Source: Promethearchaeia archaeon (GTDB taxonomy: Archaea; Asgardarchaeota; Lokiarchaeia; Sigyniarchaeales; SOKP01). Taken from it: 64,000 bases of DNA. This document shows positions 38,242 to 47,651 of this stretch, piece by piece. Made by a program: the position numbers and the translations under genes. Below the pieces are notes generated by a model, which was not told where the DNA came from, searched no databases, and was given only the letters and a program-made list of their open reading frames with translations. Location: positions 64,670-128,669 of the forward strand of contig JAWOFX010000088.1 of the NCBI GenBank assembly GCA_046497275.1, in the 5' to 3' direction. The stretch's first letter is position 1, and the number at the start of each line of letters is the position of its first letter.

Positions 38242-39195
38242 ATGTCTGAAAAGAAAAATAATTCAGAGATTTCAGAGGAAAATGAAGAGGAGAAGCAATT
38301 AAAATTCGATTCTCTCAGAAAGGCTGGTGAAATAGCGCAAGAAGTAAAGAAATTCATCAAACCGAAGATTAAAATAGGTATGAAAGGATTAGATATAGTA
38401 TCTGCAGCGGAAAAGAAGATAAGTGAATTGGGAGGTGCTTGCGCATTTCCAGTTAATTTATCTATCAATAATATCGCTGCTCATTATACTTCTCCATTTC
38501 GTGAAGATGGATTAACTATAAAAGAAAATGATCTTGTGAAAATAGATTTGGGAGTGCATATTGAAGGATATATCGTTGATACAGCATTCACAGTAAATTT
38601 TAATCAAGATAAATCTCTAGAAAATATAATTACTGCCACTGACACGGCATTGCAAGCAGCAAAAATGATGGTGAAGCCAGGTGTGAACACAAAAGATATA
38701 GGAAAGAAGATAGAAAATATTGTTAGGGGGTTTAATTACAATCCAATTAAAGAATTGGGCGGTCATCAAATAGAACGCTGGAGACTTCACGGAACAAAGG
38801 ATCTCCCAGAATTAGGCTCTCAAGGTGGAGATGAAATAGAGGAAGGAGATGTGTTTGCTATTGAAATCTTTGCATCTACGGGAGCTGGATCGGTTCATAG
38901 TACAAATAGTTGCCATATATATGCGATTAATCCCTATACAGGGCGGGTTCCTTTAAGAAGAAAGAGCTCTAAGCAAATACTGGGATTTATAAATAGAAAT
39001 TATAAAACTCTTCCGTTTGCTGAACGCTGGCTTGGTCAAGAGTTTCAAATAGGGGTTGCTTTCGGAATACAAGAACTTGTCCAGAAAGATAAACTAAGAC
39101 AACATAATGTGCTTTCTGAAGAGAAAGACGCCTACGTTGCACAATCAGAAGAAACAATATTGATAACCGAAGATGGCTATGAACAATTAACATAG
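38242..39195 (+). CDS. map: Methionine aminopeptidase, type 2 (archaeal/eukaryal)
   Basis: AFPVNLSINNIAAHYTS, DLVKIDLGVHIEGYIVDTAFT, GHQIERW and FAIEIFASTG are metal-ligand motifs. I place the start at Met 38242, because the track ORF start (38170) adds 24 implausible residues. Confidence 0.85.
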   Translation: MSEKKNNSEISEENEEEKQLKFDSLRKAGEIAQEVKKFIKPKIKIGMKGLDIVSAAEKKISELGGACAFPVNLSINNIAAHYTSPFREDGLTIKENDLVKIDLGVHIEGYIVDTAFTVNFNQDKSLENIITATDTALQAAKMMVKPGVNTKDIGKKIENIVRGFNYNPIKELGGHQIERWRLHGTKDLPELGSQGGDEIEEGDVFAIEIFASTGAGSVHSTNSCHIYAINPYTGRVPLRRKSSKQILGFINRNYKTLPFAERWLGQEFQIGVAFGIQELVQKDKLRQHNVLSEEKDAYVAQSEETILITEDGYEQLT

Positions 39196-39249
39196 AATCA
39201 TAATTTATATTTTTGAACATCAAATTTAAAATAACTTCCTCTTCAAAAA

Positions 39250-40359
39250 ATGCGAAAATTAAGTATCTGCTTGGTTTCATTTAAAATTCCGCCCGATTCT
39301 CAAGACGGCACAGCAAAAACATTTAAAGGAATTTATAAATATCTCAAAAACCAAGGGCATAACGTGAAATTAATAACAGGAAAATGGAAATATGATTTAA
39401 AAGATCCAGACATAATACAAATTGATATAATTAATAAAAGATTTGTTTGGATCATCCCTTTTGCTCTCGGTGTTATAAAATATCTAAAATCCCATGATTT
39501 TGATATTATACATGGAAACAATCCTAAAGGAGTGCTACCTATTCTTTTAGCAAATAAAAAAAAATTCATCTCAATGATTCATGATTTAGGATATTTTACA
39601 AAAATTCCTTTTGAAAAATTTCTAATAAAGTATATAGCGAAGAATTCAACTTTTATCACAGTTCCTTCGACCCAAATAAAAAATAAATTGCTTAAGAATC
39701 TTAAAATCTTAAATCCCAATAAAATATTTAATTTATATAATGCCATAGAAGACAAATTTAAACCTTATCCCGAAAAAGCAGACAAACTTAAAGAACAATT
39801 AGGAATAAAAGGTCCAGTTTTAATTTATATAGGCCGTATTTCGTTTTATAAAGGAGTACATGATATTATTAAATCATATTATTTAGCTAAAGAAAAATTG
39901 AGAAATTTAAATCTCGTTATTGGAGGATTGCCTGATTTTAGGACACAAAAAAAATATGATTATTGGAAGAATAAATATAATGATATAAAATTTGTTGGAT
40001 TTATTCCCCCTGCTCAAATTCCTATATATTATTCAATGGGTGATATTTTCATAACTTATTCATATGCGTTTGAGGGGTTTGGATTGACCCCAATAGAAGC
40101 AATTGCTTGCGGAACACCAGTTATTTGTTCTTCCCTCCCAGTTTTTAAGGAAGTTTTGGGAGATAATGCAGTATTCTTACCACCCAGAAGTCCAAAATTA
40201 TTAGCAAAAGCCATTATTGCACTATTAGAGGATGATGAAAGAAGAAAGAAAATAATAGAAAACGCGCAAGAATTTATAAAACGTTATTCTTGGAATGCAG
40301 TAGGGAAAAAGCTTGAAAAAGTCTATATGCATTTCTTAAATTTAAAAACACATAATTAA
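39250..40359 (+). CDS. Glycosyltransferase, GT4 (GT-B fold) family
   Basis: C-terminal EGFGLTPIEAIACGTPVICS motif and an N-terminal Rossmann-like half. Confidence 0.75.
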   Translation: MRKLSICLVSFKIPPDSQDGTAKTFKGIYKYLKNQGHNVKLITGKWKYDLKDPDIIQIDIINKRFVWIIPFALGVIKYLKSHDFDIIHGNNPKGVLPILLANKKKFISMIHDLGYFTKIPFEKFLIKYIAKNSTFITVPSTQIKNKLLKNLKILNPNKIFNLYNAIEDKFKPYPEKADKLKEQLGIKGPVLIYIGRISFYKGVHDIIKSYYLAKEKLRNLNLVIGGLPDFRTQKKYDYWKNKYNDIKFVGFIPPAQIPIYYSMGDIFITYSYAFEGFGLTPIEAIACGTPVICSSLPVFKEVLGDNAVFLPPRSPKLLAKAIIALLEDDERRKKIIENAQEFIKRYSWNAVGKKLEKVYMHFLNLKTHN

Positions 40360-40396
40360 TAGATTTATATCTTAATATTTAAGAAATTTATATTTT

Positions 40397-41527
40397 TTAC
40401 TTGAACCATCTCGTTTGTCCGAGGGTAATGATTCGATATTTTTTTACACGATTATAATCATTCCAAAAACATCCATAACATTCTGGGATATTTTTTCTTG
40501 AATCAATTAATAAATTTCGAAAATTTTTGTATTTTGTTCCATTCCAAATCTCAGAAAATGAATTTTTATATATATTACCCATAATATATTTTTCATTTGT
40601 AAGATAACAACAAGGTAAAACTTTCCCTGTGGCTGTAATATAGGTTGAGATCCAAGGTGTTAAACATGGTGTTTCATTTTTTAGGGTTTTTCTGTGAAGT
40701 AGTTCCAATAATTTCTCTTTCCAATTGAATAAAAAATCTTTTTTCTGTTTTTCCATATTTGAAGTTATTATAGAATTTATTTTAGCTATGGTATTTTCTA
40801 TTTGTTCAGGACTAGGAACAATCCCTGAATCAACTCCAAAATCAAATACGGGTTCCAATCTAAAAGATTCTAATAATCCCCATTTTTTAAGATAATTATA
40901 CATCGGTTCATATTCATCTAAATTTTTCGCTTGTAGACAGCATAGTATACGTATCATAATTTTTTTTCTATCAATCTCTGAAAGCAATTTCTCAAAATTA
41001 TCAATACACTTATGAAATGTTGAGCTCTTAGTTATTTGTTCAAAAGATTCTGGGTTTGTTCCATGAAGTGAAAAAGTTAAAATAGATGGAGGATTCTCTA
41101 CTAATTTTGCAATATTCAGGGCATTCATAAGAGACATATTTGTTGGCATAGATGTTGTTATATGCTTTCGATTGCATAATGCTAAAAACTTATATATCTC
41201 AGTATTCATCAAAGGTTCACCTAAACCATTCAACGTGACATATAATGGGTGGATATTCTCAATTAAATTTTTGAATATCTTAAAAGAGATTACATTATTT
41301 AAATTTCTAATTTTTTTCAGATTATGTCTGTCGCACATAATACAATTAAAATTACATCTATCTGTAATTTCAATTTGAAGCCGAATTGGTCCATATTTAG
41401 ACGCCTTTGGAGTTCCCAATATTGAATAATAAAGAACACTGAATGCTTTCTTTATATTATATAAAGTTAGAAACTGATTATTTTTAAAAATTAGTAATAA
41501 ATCTTCCAGTCGCTTTTTTAATGACAT
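40397..41527 (-). CDS. Radical SAM protein with C-terminal SPASM-like cysteine cluster
   Basis: ITDRCNFNCIMC (Cx3Cx2C). C-terminal CLTPW..GKVLPCCYL..CYGCFW pattern. Confidence 0.7.
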   Translation of the reverse strand: MSLKKRLEDLLLIFKNNQFLTLYNIKKAFSVLYYSILGTPKASKYGPIRLQIEITDRCNFNCIMCDRHNLKKIRNLNNVISFKIFKNLIENIHPLYVTLNGLGEPLMNTEIYKFLALCNRKHITTSMPTNMSLMNALNIAKLVENPPSILTFSLHGTNPESFEQITKSSTFHKCIDNFEKLLSEIDRKKIMIRILCCLQAKNLDEYEPMYNYLKKWGLLESFRLEPVFDFGVDSGIVPSPEQIENTIAKINSIITSNMEKQKKDFLFNWKEKLLELLHRKTLKNETPCLTPWISTYITATGKVLPCCYLTNEKYIMGNIYKNSFSEIWNGTKYKNFRNLLIDSRKNIPECYGCFWNDYNRVKKYRIITLGQTRWFK

Positions 41528-41566
41528 TTCTGAGAATTGAAAAAATTAAAATTCTTTTAATATATT

Positions 41567-41779
41567 TTAACCCGCTGGAGAAAATATTAACGCAAAAATT
41601 CCAAGACGAGCTAATATTACTATAATTATAAGAGATGCAGCAAAAATTACCGTTGCTATTGGACTTATCTTGATACCAATTGAAGAATCTTCGAAAAATC
41701 TCATTAAACCAGCTCCACCCATCGGCATTGGAGCACTTCCCGATCTTCTTTTTTTCCTTCGCGATTGTCTTCTAGACAT
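41567..41779 (-). CDS. Preprotein translocase subunit Sec61-beta
   Basis: 70 aa. Basic N-terminus, GGAGLMRFFED, IKISPIATVIFAASLIIIVILARLG tail-anchor. Collinear with archaeal Sec61-beta. Confidence 0.75.
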   Translation of the reverse strand: MSRRQSRRKKRRSGSAPMPMGGAGLMRFFEDSSIGIKISPIATVIFAASLIIIVILARLGIFALIFSPAG

Positions 41780-41928
41780 CTTTTTTAAATCTATTATGTA
41801 TTATTATATTTAATATAAAGATTTTAACCTAAAAAACTATTTCTCAAAATTTAAACTCGCAAAAAATCCAAAAAGCAAGATTTTTTTAACTCATAAATTT
41901 AATTATCTTAAAAAAAATAAAAATACAA

Positions 41929-42225
41929 ATGCGGATTCGAGAATTTCAAGATTTAATACGTGATCTTTACTTCCATCAAGATTCTAAAAGAGGTTTTAAC
42001 AAATGTTTCTTATGGCTCGTTGAAGAAATTGGTGAATTAGCCAGTGTTTTAAAAGAGAAAGAGTTAAATATAGAATTTATTGGAGCAGAGATGGCAGATA
42101 TAATAGCTTGGATATTCACGTTAGCAAATTTGCTAAAAATAGATATCGAAACGGCTGTGATGAAAAAATATCCTAATAAATGTCCCAAATGTGGTTCTAA
42201 TCCATGTATATGTAATAAAAATTAA
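41929..42225 (+). CDS. MazG-like nucleotide pyrophosphohydrolase domain protein
   Basis: LVEEIGELA ... EMADIIAWIFTLAN (EExxE / ExxD type helices). C-terminal CPKCGSNPCIC. Confidence 0.65.
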   Translation: MRIREFQDLIRDLYFHQDSKRGFNKCFLWLVEEIGELASVLKEKELNIEFIGAEMADIIAWIFTLANLLKIDIETAVMKKYPNKCPKCGSNPCICNKN

Positions 42226-42330
42226 TAGTGAAGATTCTATTATTTTATTTTAAAGCGTGAAGAGAATAAACTTTAATAAATTTTTAAAATTGATTATATT
42301 AATTTTAGTTATTTAGGAAATGAAAAAAAA

Positions 42331-44178
42331 TTGCTAATGTTGAAAAAAAGAAAAATTTACTTGCTAACAACGATTTTCATATCAATCTTTATCATTAGTT
42401 CCTTTATTTCAATATTTGATTATAATACTTGCTATAATCGTTCAAATTATGAACTACCTAAGACAGCTTCAAGCATAGAAGGAGCTTCCGATATTATAAT
42501 CTCTAAAATTAATCGAACTATTGATATAAACGGATTTGGATTAACAAATTTTAAGGATTCTTTAACAATTAAAAATGAATATAATAATCCTGTCTCCTCA
42601 ATTTTGATAGGAATTCCATCTAATATTTATGATGATTTAATATATTATGAAGCAACTGGTATGGGGAAAAATAGTTTATTGGTGGAAGAGACTGATATCA
42701 TAATGGATAATAATAAAATGATGTTAGCAATATATTTTGATTCTCCACTGCTTCCTCAAGAATCTAAATCAATAATTCTCTCCCATTCTTATAAGGAACT
42801 TTTACAATACCAACCCTCAGGGGAAAATCAAAAGATTTCTTTTACTGGAATAGTTTATCCGCTTTTCCCTTATAAAGCAGAAGGATTAATAAAAACAATT
42901 GTTATTCTGCCAATTGGATCGACTATCATTAATTCCGATTTTTGGGGGGAGAATAACGATAATTTAATAATTTATGACCTTGAAGAATTAACCCAATCAT
43001 ATTTAGAACCATTTTTAGAAAACTTAGGGGAAGATAAAATAATTGAGTTATCATTCACCCATCCTTCCAAAACAAGATTGGAAATACAAAAATCCACAAG
43101 GGAAATAACAATTTCCCCGTGGGGAGTGATTAAAGTGAAAGAGAGTATTTTAATTAGGAATCTCGGCTCTATAGATCTTGGAAAATTTAACTTAAAAATA
43201 CCAAAAGGGGCTCGCAATGCGAAAACAACCGATCATTTAGGGGAAATTGATGGAACTACTGTGACAGATTTACCGAATAATCCCAAATCCAAACAAATTA
43301 ATCTGGATCTTACAAATAATAGGGTGACAATGAATCCAGACTCGAGTTTCAGATTTACATTAACATATCAATTAAATCTGGCAGATTATGTATCTTATAA
43401 CTGGTTCAAACAATCAATACAAATGGATATAATAACAACACGCTGTGATTTTTTAGTAAGAGATCAAATTACAAAAATCATCATAGAAAGCTCTCTTAGC
43501 ATAACTGATATTTCTAATCTTCCAAATGAATTTGATGAATCGGTTGCATCTAGCATTCTCGTCTATGAATCAGATTACATTAGCAATATTGAAGAGAATA
43601 AAATTTTATTGACTTATACTCTAGATATTTTTGAAATGTTCCTCAGACCGCTAATAATTTTATTATTAATTGCATCACTGTGTTCGGGGTTTATCCTTTT
43701 TATTAAGAAAAGAAAGCAAATGGGCATTTTACCTATGATTGAAAAAGAAGAGATTCCTATAAAAGAGATCAGAGAGTTTTGTTCACTCTATGAGCAAAAA
43801 AATGCCCTTACATTAGAAATTCGAGAAGCAGAAGAGGAACTTAAGCGACGTAAATTAACTAAAAAACAATATCGTAATCTTGTTGATAAAAATGAATCAA
43901 AACTAAAGGATATTGATGAGGAAATAAAACCTTTTAAGAAAGAATTGATGGAAACAAATCAAACTTTTGAAAGCATGATAAAAAAACTAGATGTTTTAGA
44001 AGCGGAACGGCAAACGGTCGAGGATGGATTAAAATTATTGGAAAGCAGATATAAAAAAGGGAAACTTCCTTCAAGATCAGCTTATGTAAAATTAACCAAT
44101 GATTTTTTAAATAGACGAAAAAAGATTGACAGAACAATATCTCGTTTTATACAACAATTACGTTCTTATCTCCTTTAA
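42331..44178 (+). CDS. Ribophorin I / OST1-like protein (oligosaccharyltransferase accessory subunit homolog)
   Basis: Signal-anchor, INRTIDING near the N-terminus, and TREITISPWGVIKVKESILIRNLG. The last aligns by eye with human RPN1 [24 protein letters not shown]. A single late TM and a cytoplasmic coiled-coil tail reproduce the ribophorin I architecture. The start could be TTG 42331 or ATG 42337. Confidence 0.65.
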   Translation: MLMLKKRKIYLLTTIFISIFIISSFISIFDYNTCYNRSNYELPKTASSIEGASDIIISKINRTIDINGFGLTNFKDSLTIKNEYNNPVSSILIGIPSNIYDDLIYYEATGMGKNSLLVEETDIIMDNNKMMLAIYFDSPLLPQESKSIILSHSYKELLQYQPSGENQKISFTGIVYPLFPYKAEGLIKTIVILPIGSTIINSDFWGENNDNLIIYDLEELTQSYLEPFLENLGEDKIIELSFTHPSKTRLEIQKSTREITISPWGVIKVKESILIRNLGSIDLGKFNLKIPKGARNAKTTDHLGEIDGTTVTDLPNNPKSKQINLDLTNNRVTMNPDSSFRFTLTYQLNLADYVSYNWFKQSIQMDIITTRCDFLVRDQITKIIIESSLSITDISNLPNEFDESVASSILVYESDYISNIEENKILLTYTLDIFEMFLRPLIILLLIASLCSGFILFIKKRKQMGILPMIEKEEIPIKEIREFCSLYEQKNALTLEIREAEEELKRRKLTKKQYRNLVDKNESKLKDIDEEIKPFKKELMETNQTFESMIKKLDVLEAERQTVEDGLKLLESRYKKGKLPSRSAYVKLTNDFLNRRKKIDRTISRFIQQLRSYLL

Positions 44179-44230
44179 ATTTTTATATTCAGATGGATTA
44201 GCTAATAATAGACCTTATTTATGATAAAAA

Positions 44231-44857
44231 ATGAGACTCTGGTTATTTGATATCCTTGCATGTCCGATATGCAAGCATTATCCACTTAAGTTATACATCT
44301 TTTCGTATCAAGCAGAAGAAGATAAATTCAAAAAATATCTTAAAGATTACAATGAGAATACTTTTAATTATGAAAATCAGGATATTTTAAAAATATCTCA
44401 AGATAGTGAAGAAAAAATTTTGATTAAGGATGAAATTGTAATTGAGAAAAAACCTATAATTAAATATCTTGAAGATATTCTCACTAGTGTTGAAGAATTA
44501 AAAAATATCGAAGATCTGAGTTCTTACGAAAAAAGCAAGAAATGCCTTTCCATTGCAAGAGAAAAGATTTTTGAGCAATTAATTGAATTCTCCAAAAAAT
44601 CAGACTTAGATCACATTGAATCTATAATACCTGAACTTATTTTTCTGAATAAATTAAAAATTGACGCAGAAATTGAATCTGGTATTTTATTCTGCAATGA
44701 ATGCAATAGATGGTTTCCCATTATCGATACAATTCCTCGGATGTTACCAGATGAGTATAGAGACAAAGCAAAGGAACTCGATTTCTTAAAAAGCAAAAAG
44801 GATATATTAAATGAAGAATTTTTTAATTTGGATCTAAAACCTTTTAATCTACAATAA
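44231..44857 (+). CDS. Trm112-like zinc-knuckle protein with ~130-aa internal insertion
   Basis: N-terminal LFDILACPICKHYPLKL and C-terminal GILFCNECNRWFPIIDTIPRMLPDE are the two halves of the Trm112 fold. They are separated by an acidic helical insert. Confidence 0.6.
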   Translation: MRLWLFDILACPICKHYPLKLYIFSYQAEEDKFKKYLKDYNENTFNYENQDILKISQDSEEKILIKDEIVIEKKPIIKYLEDILTSVEELKNIEDLSSYEKSKKCLSIAREKIFEQLIEFSKKSDLDHIESIIPELIFLNKLKIDAEIESGILFCNECNRWFPIIDTIPRMLPDEYRDKAKELDFLKSKKDILNEEFFNLDLKPFNLQ

Positions 44858-44864
44858 ATTGTAG

Positions 44865-44871
44865 TTAAATA
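44865..44871 (+). promoter_or_regulatory. TATA-like box upstream of tRNA-Gln
   Basis: TTAAATA is centred ~26 nt upstream of tRNA position 1, the usual archaeal TATA spacing. Confidence 0.3.
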
Positions 44872-44893
44872 CCATTATTACTAATTATACAAA

Positions 44894-44996
44894 AGCCCGG
44901 TGGTGTAGCGGCCAAGCATCTGGGGCCTTGAAGATGCTTTAATTCCTAAGGCTTTAGGGACACCCCGTGACCACGGTTCGAATCCGTGCCGGGCTA
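44894..44996 (+). tRNA. tRNA-Gln (anticodon UUG) with a 30-nt intron
   Basis: Acceptor AGCCCGG/CCGGGCU with the A1:U72 pair typical of archaeal tRNA-Gln. D arm GUGU/GCAU, anticodon stem UGGGG/CCCCG, loop CCUUGA-A, T arm CACGG-UUCGAAU-CCGUG, discriminator A, no encoded CCA. It is the only GC-rich island in its intergenic region. Confidence 0.85.
44932..44961 (+). other. tRNA intron at the canonical 37/38 position
   Basis: 30 nt separate the anticodon-loop 5' part (CCUUGA) from A38 and the 3' stem CCCCG. The boundary is ambiguous by 1 nt because of the repeated A. Confidence 0.7.
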
Positions 44997-45168
44997 TCTA
45001 TATTTTCTTTACTGAAGTTTTTCTTATAAAAGTCTTATTCTTGAGTTATGGAAATTTATTTATTAAAACCATTTCGATAAATTGAAAAAAAAATAATAAT
45101 TATGAAAACAAAAAGCAGAATTTAATTATAAAAAAATAATATTTATCACAATTAAAAAGCAGAATTTT

Positions 45169-46263
45169 ATGAGTCTTTCTGGAAAAAAAATTTGGGTTGA
45201 TATAGAACAACCGAAGGCAGCAATAATGCTTTATTCTCTCATAAAGCAGTTTGAGTATGATGAGATTGATTTACTTATAACTGCTCGAGATTATGATTCC
45301 ACATACCAAATCCTGGATGATCATGAGATAAAATATATTAAAGTTGGAAAGCATGGCGGTGCCAACTTAGAAAATAAATTAAAAGCACATATTGATCGAT
45401 TAAGTGATTTATTTCCTCATGTTATTCGATTCAATCCGGATTATTTTGTAAACTTTATGTCTGTAGAGGGTATCCGAATAGCTTATGGATTAAAAATACC
45501 CTCTATAGGCTTCAATGATGAGCCGAGAAATGTACCTGTATGTAAATTAATTTTCCCTTTCATTGATAATGTAATTACTCCAGAGTGTATTCCTAAAGAG
45601 GCATATGTTGAACTATATGCCGATCCAAAGAAGATAATAAGATATAAAGGGATTGATGAGATTGCTTGGCTTTCAGATTTCAAACCAAATCCAAAAATTT
45701 TAGAGGATTATGATTTAAAAAAAGGAGAATATGTAATAATGCGAAGTGAACCATCTGCAGCCTGTTATTTTATAGATAAGTTGAAACCAGATGAAACTTT
45801 ATTAAGTGAAATCTTCCCGCCAATACATAAAAAATTCCCTAATCACAAATATTTTCTCTTAGCAAGAAATAGGAATCAGGAGGATTATTTACACAATAAA
45901 TTAAAAAAATACAAGGATAATCCAAATTTAGTCATAACTCGTTATTTACCACATTTAGATGATTTTTGTTTTTATAGTGGGCTAGTTATTAGTGGAGGAG
46001 GAACAATAGTTAGAGAGTCCAGTTTGCTGAGCGTTCCAAGTATAGAATTCTTTCCCGGACCAACAGCTCCACAAGAAATGTTTTTAAAAAATAATGGCTT
46101 TCCTTTAGAACATATCGAAGAATTAGATAGAATTATAAAAAGATCCATTTATGTTCTTAAAGAGGGTTTTGATACTACGAGAATCAAAAATTTTAAAAAC
46201 AGAGTTAAGCAATTTGAAAATCCTATAAAAATTTGTTATAATTATGTTAGAATAAATATTTAA
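45169..46263 (+). CDS. DUF354 family protein (GT-B-like, putative glycosyltransferase)
   Basis: KIWVDIEQPKAAIMLYSLI..LLITARDYDSTYQIL..VGKHGGANLENKL N-terminus and ISGGGTIVRESSLLSVPSIEF in the C-terminal half. 364 aa, typical of archaeal DUF354. Confidence 0.6.
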   Translation: MSLSGKKIWVDIEQPKAAIMLYSLIKQFEYDEIDLLITARDYDSTYQILDDHEIKYIKVGKHGGANLENKLKAHIDRLSDLFPHVIRFNPDYFVNFMSVEGIRIAYGLKIPSIGFNDEPRNVPVCKLIFPFIDNVITPECIPKEAYVELYADPKKIIRYKGIDEIAWLSDFKPNPKILEDYDLKKGEYVIMRSEPSAACYFIDKLKPDETLLSEIFPPIHKKFPNHKYFLLARNRNQEDYLHNKLKKYKDNPNLVITRYLPHLDDFCFYSGLVISGGGTIVRESSLLSVPSIEFFPGPTAPQEMFLKNNGFPLEHIEELDRIIKRSIYVLKEGFDTTRIKNFKNRVKQFENPIKICYNYVRINI

Positions 46264-46286
46264 TTAAAAAATTCAAATCTATAAAA

Positions 46287-47651
46287 ATGGAATCTCCAAC
46301 AGACATTCAATGGGACTTTTTTAGCATCCTTTTTCTCTTATTTTCAGCGACTATAGGATTTATCATAACATATTTAATTATGCCACATTTAATCAGATAC
46401 ATGAAAAAGAAAGGTTTTATGGGAATTGATATCCATAAAAATTCCAAACCAGAAGTTGCTGAATCCGGAGGGTTGGGGATGCTAATAGGATTCATTGCAT
46501 CATCAACTTTTTTATATCTCGTTTTTCCTCTGTATAGAAATATCATTTTAATTGTCCAAATGACACTTATTATTGCAGGGGTTATTGGATTTATTGACGA
46601 TAGAATTAGATTGAGAACCCGCTATAAATTATTATTAACTCTTAGTCTTGGAATTATAATTTTCCTCTCTAACTATTTAGAATTTATAAATATTAAAAAT
46701 CCAGTGCTTCCAATTTTAAGCCAGTTAAGACTTAATTTAATTTATCCAATTTTAATTCCTTTAGTGGTAACAGTATTCGCAAATACTGTTAATATGTTAG
46801 AGGGATATAATGGAGAAGGATCTGGTACAAGTATCATCTCTATTGCTTTTCTATTAATATGCAGTTTAATTTGGAATACAATGGAAGGTTTAATGTTTTC
46901 TCTGATTTCTCTTTCGGTTATAATACCATTTTATTTTTTCAATAAGTATCCGGCAAAAGTCTTTCCAGGTGATGTTGGAACACTCTCTATGGGTGTTATG
47001 ATAGCAAGTATCGCTCTTTTTGGTGGCTTACTGCCTGCGGCATTCTGTACACTTTTAACTCATGTATTTAACAGTTTTTATTATATATCTTCTGTAAGAG
47101 GGTTTTTTGAGAGTGAGAAAATTCATGAATTAAGAGATGATATTATCTTACTTGGAGATGATAAAATTAAGCCCTCGGAGGAAAAAGAAGCTCTTCTCAC
47201 CATGCCACGTCTTATTTTAGTCAAAGGTCCTTTAACTGAATCTAAATTGGTTAAAAATCTCTTCCTAATATCACTTATTAGCGGTTTTTTAGGAATTATA
47301 ACCACTTTTCTTATGTGTTGGACTATAGGAGAAATCAATATCCTTTATCTTCTAACCTTTTCCATACCATGTTTTATTATGATTGGATTATTAGTATTTT
47401 TCTTTCCAAGAATTAGAGATATTGCTCTTCAGATGATAATATTATATTTTATCGGAATTATAATATTGTATCTTATAGATTTTCTAATAGTTCCAATTCA
47501 AATAACTGTAGATTTATATTTTATTAAAATACCCGTAAATATTTTACTTTCAATACTTATAATTATTCCAGGATTAATTTTATGGTACATAATAACTATT
47601 TTTTACGTGAATAGGAAATTAACTTTAAATAATAAATCAATTCAAAAATAA
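46287..47651 (+). CDS. UDP-GlcNAc:dolichyl-phosphate GlcNAc-1-phosphate transferase (Alg7/AglH, MraY-WecA superfamily)
   Basis: Polytopic membrane protein with IGFIDDRIRL, NTVNMLEGYNGEGSG (compare the Alg7 NxxNxxAGxNGLE motif) and VFPGDVGTLSMG. Confidence 0.75.
   Translation: MESPTDIQWDFFSILFLLFSATIGFIITYLIMPHLIRYMKKKGFMGIDIHKNSKPEVAESGGLGMLIGFIASSTFLYLVFPLYRNIILIVQMTLIIAGVIGFIDDRIRLRTRYKLLLTLSLGIIIFLSNYLEFINIKNPVLPILSQLRLNLIYPILIPLVVTVFANTVNMLEGYNGEGSGTSIISIAFLLICSLIWNTMEGLMFSLISLSVIIPFYFFNKYPAKVFPGDVGTLSMGVMIASIALFGGLLPAAFCTLLTHVFNSFYYISSVRGFFESEKIHELRDDIILLGDDKIKPSEEKEALLTMPRLILVKGPLTESKLVKNLFLISLISGFLGIITTFLMCWTIGEINILYLLTFSIPCFIMIGLLVFFFPRIRDIALQMIILYFIGIIILYLIDFLIVPIQITVDLYFIKIPVNILLSILIIIPGLILWYIITIFYVNRKLTLNNKSIQK

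Noticed and set aside
38082-38468. 128-aa minus-strand ORF and the 38170 start of the MetAP track ORF
   Set aside because: The minus ORF overlaps the MetAP N-terminus and the promoter region and has no motif. The first 24 residues of the track ORF (MDLKNIIIHFSLPNLMNETRKEKD) do not resemble MetAP leaders, so I moved the start to 38242.
41567-41779. Idea that the 70-aa ORF upstream of the radical SAM/SPASM gene is a RiPP precursor
   Set aside because: Its sequence (basic N-terminus, GGAGLMRFF, single C-terminal TM) matches Sec61-beta. It has no Cys/Ser/Thr-rich core typical of SPASM substrates.
44926-44932. Alternative anticodon readings of the tRNA (UGA/Ser or CUU/Lys by shifting the loop register)
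   Set aside because: Shifted registers break the UGGGG/CCCCG stem. A Ser tRNA would need a long variable arm that is absent. A1:U72 and overall similarity to archaeal tRNA-Gln support UUG.
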